Below are positions 21,596 to 27,711 of a DNA stretch of 27,711 bases, piece by piece. This DNA comes from Octopus sinensis (Eukaryota). The stretch is from the NCBI RefSeq assembly GCF_006345805.1, contig NW_021827597.1:1-27711 (forward strand), given 5' to 3'. The notes beneath the pieces were generated by a model that was given only the letters and a program-made list of their open reading frames with translations, had not been told where the DNA came from and did not search any database. Position 1 is the first letter of the stretch. Every line of letters starts with the position of its first letter. Made by a program: the position numbers and the translations under genes.

Positions 21596-22593
21596 CTTAT
21601 TAAATATATTTGTGGATTTTGATGAAAACCATAGAGATGTTGTGAGTCCGGCGCCTGAGGCGTTTTCAAAGTCATTCAAGTTCGACTTTTCAACTTCCGG
21701 TTTCAGTAGCTCTTGTTCGTATCCCTTTTATGGTGTCTACGTATTGTTCGCAGCCCCCAAACAGTTAACAGCCTGGAAAAGTGATATTTCCCTCGAACTG
21801 CAGCTCTCTGGAACTCACCACCTTCGCCTTGGTTTATGATACTAAATCGTTAAGTTTTCTGTCAAACGATTGCTTTAGAATTTATTGGCGCCTTCTTTTC
21901 TTTCTTTGAAGTTCCTTATGCTACAGTGGTTTCACTCCTCGCCTGGGGCAAAATTATTTTAAAAAAATAGCCGGAGCATTAAATAATTAAAGAGTATATA
22001 ATTTATTTGCAGTGTTGAATTCAATTTCTAAAGTTGTATCGTAATTTTGACTGCTTTCTTGCGGAGAAAACTGTACAACTTGTTAGTATCCTTTTCCACA
22101 GATCCTCTGAGAGACAAATGGGAGGAAGAAGATAAGTTGTCCTGTTCCTGTAGTCCTGACCCCGATATTGTAGTAACAGATTGAGCAATGCTAAACGCAA
22201 CACCAGAGGATCAAGTGTTGGTACTAAAACAGGAGAAGAGTCTGCTACTCTAGAACTAAGAATGCAAAAAGACAGATGAGAATATCACCTAAAAGGCCGA
22301 AACAACTACCGCAAGGTATCCCGTCCCACACGCTAACTGTTAATACACTCAAAACCTAAAGCCTTCGAAGTTACAGTCTTTCGCTTATGTACGTATATCG
22401 AGAAAGGGTCAAAGTTCCTTCCCGACCCATAGGTTTATGTAATGCTTCCCGTAGCAGAAACAGCTGTCGGATCTGATTGTGTAACTCGGTAATGAGACAA
22501 AAATTTTGAGACGAAATAATAAATGTTTCACTAAAGTTAATGGTTCTTGCGAGATTTTGAATGGCTAACCTCTCATCCACGATTCAATTCACA

Positions 22594-22636
<43 letters not shown>

Positions 22637-23474
22637 GCATATGTATACATAAACATATAAACATACATATATACTTAAATATAAATGCATACATATATAT
22701 ATATTTGAAGTAACAGCACTAAGAGTACATTTGTATTGTCCTCTACGTATGAATGTGCTTGTGTGTATTTTCTTGTGCAGTGTATGTGTGTATATATAAA
22801 TGTATGTTTGTGTATATGTATTTACGTATGCACTGCCCGTGTGTGTGTGTGTGCGTGTAGTGAGAATTTCTCTTCGTTACCAAATTCAAGATTTTACTGA
22901 TAACCATTTCTAAATGTTCCCAGTATTCTTTATTACATCGCCCCTCGCTTCCACCAGAGCCTAGATTTACCATATCTTTAAAGTGTATCGCAACTTTTTC
23001 CATTGAAAATTTCCCTGAAAATCTAAAATATCCAAGTGTTCTTATCTTTATTTACCACCCCGAGAACAACACTAACAATAATAACAACAAGCAAAAAAAA
23101 AAAAACTATTTCCTTGTTTAACTTAGTGCAATCTGTCGCCATTAACACCCAAGGCGATGTAAGGCGTTGAAGAAGGTGTTATTTTAAGGGAACTGTTAAT
23201 TGTACGGAAATAATATATCTAAATCCCTCGGTTCCTCTTATATAAGGGGCCACAAACATTTACAGTCACAATATTGGGAGCAATGAAAAAAAAATAGGGA
23301 GTGTGGAATCACCTGAAGAAAAGGAAATTTATTTTTCCTCTCCGTCTTTTTAAAATACCGTCTTCACAGACTTGCACAGACTTCTACATACATTCATTCG
23401 CACGTGAACGAAAATAAAACACACACAGAAACACGCACGTATATACACACGTATATGTACAAACACACATATAC

Positions 23475-23518
<44 letters not shown>

Positions 23519-23629
23519 ATACACATCCACACAAACTGTCTCTCACACACACCCAAACATGACACGGAATTGGTTTGCTGTAGTTTATTGACGATCAGAT
23601 TAGATAACGGCGTTGATCACTTTGTATAT

Positions 23630-23708
23630 GAAAGTATGTGTGTGTACACATACATTCATATACATGTATATAGATATAAACAGGTATGTATATAGTATAT
23701 GTGTGTGT

Positions 23709-23741
<33 letters not shown>

Positions 23742-24010
23742 CTATATATATATATATACAAACGATATATATATATACATACATATATAGTATATGTATA
23801 TATGTCGATAAATATATATATATATTCCATATATATATGTATATGTGTGTGTATATATACATACATACAATATATATGTATATATATATTTACATATATA
23901 TATAAATATATATATATTGTATATATATATATAATATATATATATATATATAATATATATATTATATATATATATGTATATATACATACATACATACATA
24001 CATACACAAC
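23630..24010. repeat. (TA)n/(TACA)n low-complexity block
   Basis: Visible directly. Confidence 0.9.
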
Positions 24011-24229
24011 ACATTTGTGAAGGGAGGTCATCGCTCCCATGTCTAATCTTACGTGATACACACGGACTCAAATTTCTGGGTGGTTACTCGTCCGCAGCGT
24101 CTCTTATCACCAGTCGGACACAGAACGTGTGTCATTAGCCAGCTGGAGGATATGTCTTCCTGGTGCTATAACTTCAGTAGCACTGTCCTGTATAGGACGC
24201 CACACTTAGTTGGAAATATATATATTACG

Positions 24230-24296
<67 letters not shown>

Positions 24297-24455
24297 ATAT
24301 ATATATATATATATGTATATATATTGCATTGTAGCTTTTGAGTTGTTTTAGCTCTTATTTTAGCAAACGCAGTGCTAGTCCATACTCTCTGCCGCTTTTG
24401 TGTTCTCTATTATTTTCCCTTTAAGTTCTAATTGCTAAAAAGCCACTTTTTTTTA

Positions 24456-24507
<52 letters not shown>

Positions 24508-24537
24508 ATCTATAATATATAGAGTCGAATGTTATCA

Positions 24538-24690
24538 TCCCCCTGGGAGATCCATTTACAACTGAGCGGACTGGTGCAATGTGAAACGAATTGTTTTGCC
24601 CAAGAACAAAACGCGTCACCCGGTCCCATAACCGAACCCACGATTGCTAGATCGTGAGTGCAACAATCTAGTCAGTAGACAACGCGGCTT
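24538..24690 (-). mobile_element. SINE-E: old tRNA-derived SINE
   Basis: Reverse complement has a tRNA-like head (gttgcactcacgatc..gtgggttcggtt), then ttcttgggcaaaacaattcgtttcacattgcaccagtccgctcagttgtaaatg, the style of conserved central SINE domains (V/CORE-like). Degenerate. Confidence 0.6.
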
Positions 24691-25271
24691 CACACGCGCA
24701 CACACACATACACGCACACATGCACGCGCGCACAGGCACATATACGCAATCACACAACATATACACATACATACATATGGTTCAAAAACATCAAAGACAA
24801 GAAGGGGAGATGAAATGTAAGGGAGGAGGCGGGTAAGAGTGAAACAGGACCTTATCTTCTCATATAAAATAGACCTCTGTGACTGTGTATTCGCTTTTCA
24901 TGCGAAAGTGGCTGCGCGAATTGCTTCCATACTTAGGATACATGGATAATTTGACCTCGAATACACAATAGGGTCTTCAGGTTTATTTCTTATTAAAAAT
25001 AAATAATATTGCTTTCTATATATGATTTATTTCTTTAAAAAACGGTTTCACATTGTCAGTTTCCGAAATTGACGTAGCAACGCCGAAATTTTCAGTTTTC
25101 ATTTGTAATCCCATTCACTTTCTATTTTAATGTTTTTGTTTCAAGTTTCAATTCGCTGTTTGCAAACAACTACGATAAATTACTGAAGGAAATATTCACT
25201 AAGTTCACAAATTTAAATATTCGGTACAAGAACTTTTATTTATACAATTAATTGTTTGCAATAGTCTCTCC

Positions 25272-25341
<70 letters not shown>

Positions 25342-25448
25342 ACGCAAACACAACAGTCAGTAACATACGCACACATGTATGTGTTTGTATGTAGGTTGGT
25401 ATACATTTATGTATATGTGTGTTTGAGTGTGCATGTATGAGTGAAAGA

Positions 25449-25685
25449 AGGCGGCGAGCTGGCAGAAACGTTAGCACGTCGGGCGAAATGCTTAGCGGTA
25501 TTACGTCTGCCGTTACGTTGAGTTCAAATTCCGCCGAGGTCGACTTTACCTTTCATCCTTTCATCCTTTTGGGGTCGATAAATTAAGTACCAGTTACGCA
25601 CTGGGGTCGATGTAATCGACTTAATACCTATGTCTGTCCTTGTTTGTCCCCTCTATGTTTAGCCCCTTGTGGGTAATAAAGAAAT
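25449..25685 (+). mobile_element. SINE-A, full length, tail 1, with 16-bp target-site duplication
   Basis: atgtatgagtgaaaga at 25433-25448 and 25686-25701 flanks aggcggcgagctggcag...gggtaataaagaaat. Confidence 0.95.
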
Positions 25686-25736
25686 ATGTATGAGTGAAAG
25701 AGAGAGAGTCAGACAAGGGGTGTGTTTTCATGTATA

Positions 25737-25780
<44 letters not shown>

Positions 25781-26413
25781 TAAATATATATATACATAGA
25801 TTTATATGGGTGTATTGTGTGTGTATGTGATTGTTTTATTTCTGTCTCAGAGCTTGCTACGTAAGCAAACGTCTTACGCCTATAAGCTTACATCTTTCTC
25901 TCCCTTGCCTCTCAATTCTTTTCTTTCTGTTTGATGAAGGATGTAACGCTTCAGTTTCTTCCATTTTTTGTGTGTAGTTATCTTCATTGTACACTGTTTT
26001 GATTGTTTTCTTTTTGTTGTGTATTTCTACCCCTTTTCAGTCACAAACTTTCGCTGGTCTGAAGTCAGGCGCGATTTTTTCGGTCTGCCTCCATTTAGCC
26101 ACAAAATTCTACTCCTGCTATTTGTCGTATTAATTACGGCTCACTCTCTCCCCTCTTGCGCTCTCTGTTTCTCTGATTCTCTCCCCTCTCTCTCTCTCAC
26201 ACACACGCTAACACATGAACACATACACACACATTCGCACACACAAGCACAGGGACATAGAGAAACCAATTAAGCAATTACTAATCACATAATATATAGA
26301 GTCATTGACCTATCTTTATGAAAGGAAACAAAACTAGCATTACGCAAATTGTTGCAATCTGCTTATTATCATTTAGTAACCTACCAACATACATACAGAT
26401 ATATGTGTATATG

Positions 26414-26478
<65 letters not shown>

Positions 26479-26669
26479 TATATATACGTAAATGGGTCGA
26501 CTAGTACGATGCAATAATAACGCTTAAATTCTAAACGGGGATCTATTTAGAAGTGTTATCAGTGATGCAAATCAATGACCACATCCGACGCATGCGCATG
26601 GCTTTTCAGATATTTCAATTATATAATTAAACTCACACACAGATACACACACACACACGCCCGCAATCA

Positions 26670-26732
26670 ACTCACCCCACACACATTTATGTATGTATGT
26701 ATGTATGCACGCATGCATCTATCAATCAATCA

Positions 26733-26763
<31 letters not shown>

Positions 26764-26900
26764 CTCTATCTATATCTATATATATATATATATATATAGA
26801 TCTCTCTCACTATCTCTCTCGCACTCTCTCTCTCTATCTATCTATATATATTAATCATATGTGTGTGTGTATATTTATACACACACATATATGTTACATA
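26670..26900. repeat. Mixed (TATG)/(TCAA)/(TCTA)/(TA)/(CT)/(TG) microsatellites
   Basis: Visible directly. Confidence 0.9.
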
Positions 26901-27271
26901 CACATACATTATAGTGAGACAACAGGGTAATCTGTAAAAGCACTCACGTACTCTCACACACACGTACAAACACACACACACACATATATCTACTTTGATG
27001 CTTACGTATAGACTAAGCATAACTTTTGACTAGAAGTACATTTTCCTGCCTTTAGCAAGAAAAAAAAATCCCGATCTCCTCCAAACCAGAGTTTGTTTAG
27101 TTTAACAGGAATCAGTGCTATCTTCTGCACTCCTTCACTCGGTACGAAATGTAATGATGTCTGGCTGGCAGAGGTGAAAGAGTATTTGACGGCTTGAGGT
27201 GGGTGAAGACCTCTCAAGAGGCGATACTTTGAGACTTCACATGCTGTTCCGGCTACAATCTACAAGAAACT

Positions 27272-27529
27272 ATCATCATCATCATCATCGTTATCATCAT
27301 CATCATCATCATTATTATTATTATAAATAAGAATAATGATAACAATAATAATAAATTATCATCATTAATAATAATAATTAATAATAATAATAGTAATAGT
27401 ATTAATAATGATCATAATAATTATGATAATAATATTACTACTACTACTACTACTACTAATAATAATAATAATAATAATAATGATAATAATGACAACAACA
27501 ACAACAATAATAATAATAATTAATAATAA
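27272..27529. repeat. Compound (ATC)/(ATT)/(AAT)/(ACT)/(AAC) trinucleotide array
   Basis: Visible directly. Confidence 0.95.
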
Positions 27530-27711
27530 GCAAGTAATATCTCAGCCAAGGAAGTTGCAAAACTGTCGAAATATGAAGACCTTGAGATTGAGATATCTAG
27601 GACGTGGCAATTAAAGACCAAAACCATCCCTGTTGTTGTAGGTGCCCTGGGAATGACCAAGGAAGGTACTGACAAATTTTTTGACCAGATCCCTGAGCGA
27701 AGAAACCACAA
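27530..27711 (+). mobile_element. 5'-truncated R4/Dong-like element (RLE C-terminus), runs off the window
   Basis: From 27536: NISAKEVAKLSKYEDLEIEISRTWQLKTKTIPVVVGALGMTKEGTDKFFDQIP, with no stop; homologous to 10162-10461; starts right after (AAT)n. Confidence 0.85.

Noticed and set aside
21600-21839. 97-aa ORF and CpG/ETS-like (ccggaagt) patch
   Set aside because: The ORF begins in (CA)n and has no recognisable homology; the motif is too short to call a promoter.
22276-22312. cagatgag...ggccgaaac, hammerhead-like
   Set aside because: Core mismatch and no convincing stem I or II.
25841-25866. Possible 10-nt microexon (tctcag|agcttgctac|gtaagc)
   Set aside because: Good splice signals but not frame-preserving and with no gene context.
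27185-27271. Hairpin (cttgag...ctcaag) before an (ATC)n run, like a LINE 3' end
   Set aside because: No upstream coding motif or second copy in the window.

Overview
AT-rich, very repeat-dense eukaryotic DNA with no intact protein-coding gene that I can recognise. Almost all supplied ORFs are translations of microsatellites. The SINE families and LINE relics look like those of a coleoid cephalopod, most likely Octopus; this is recalled family resemblance, not a database hit. Content: (i) many (TA)n, (CA)n, (TATG)n and compound (AAT/AAC/GAT/ACT)n arrays; (ii) four tRNA-derived SINE types, given working names A, B, D and E; (iii) a ~557-bp element without Pol III boxes (C) that sits only in (AAT)n runs; (iv) decayed LINE fragments: RTE-like, R4/Dong-like with restriction-like endonuclease (RLE), and L1/Tx1-like; (v) a Penelope-like GIY-YIG endonuclease fragment and two short repeats with minimal hammerhead-ribozyme architecture; (vi) two Tc1/mariner-type MITE candidates. 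Positions 8576-14560 are a nearly continuous pile of stacked retroelements. Best leads: an (AAT)n-targeted LINE/non-autonomous partner system; a SINE whose tail matches the 3' end of the Tx1-like LINE and which is stacked at one fixed internal site; an almost spacerless inverted SINE pair (possible dsRNA/ADAR substrate); and hammerhead-like motifs.
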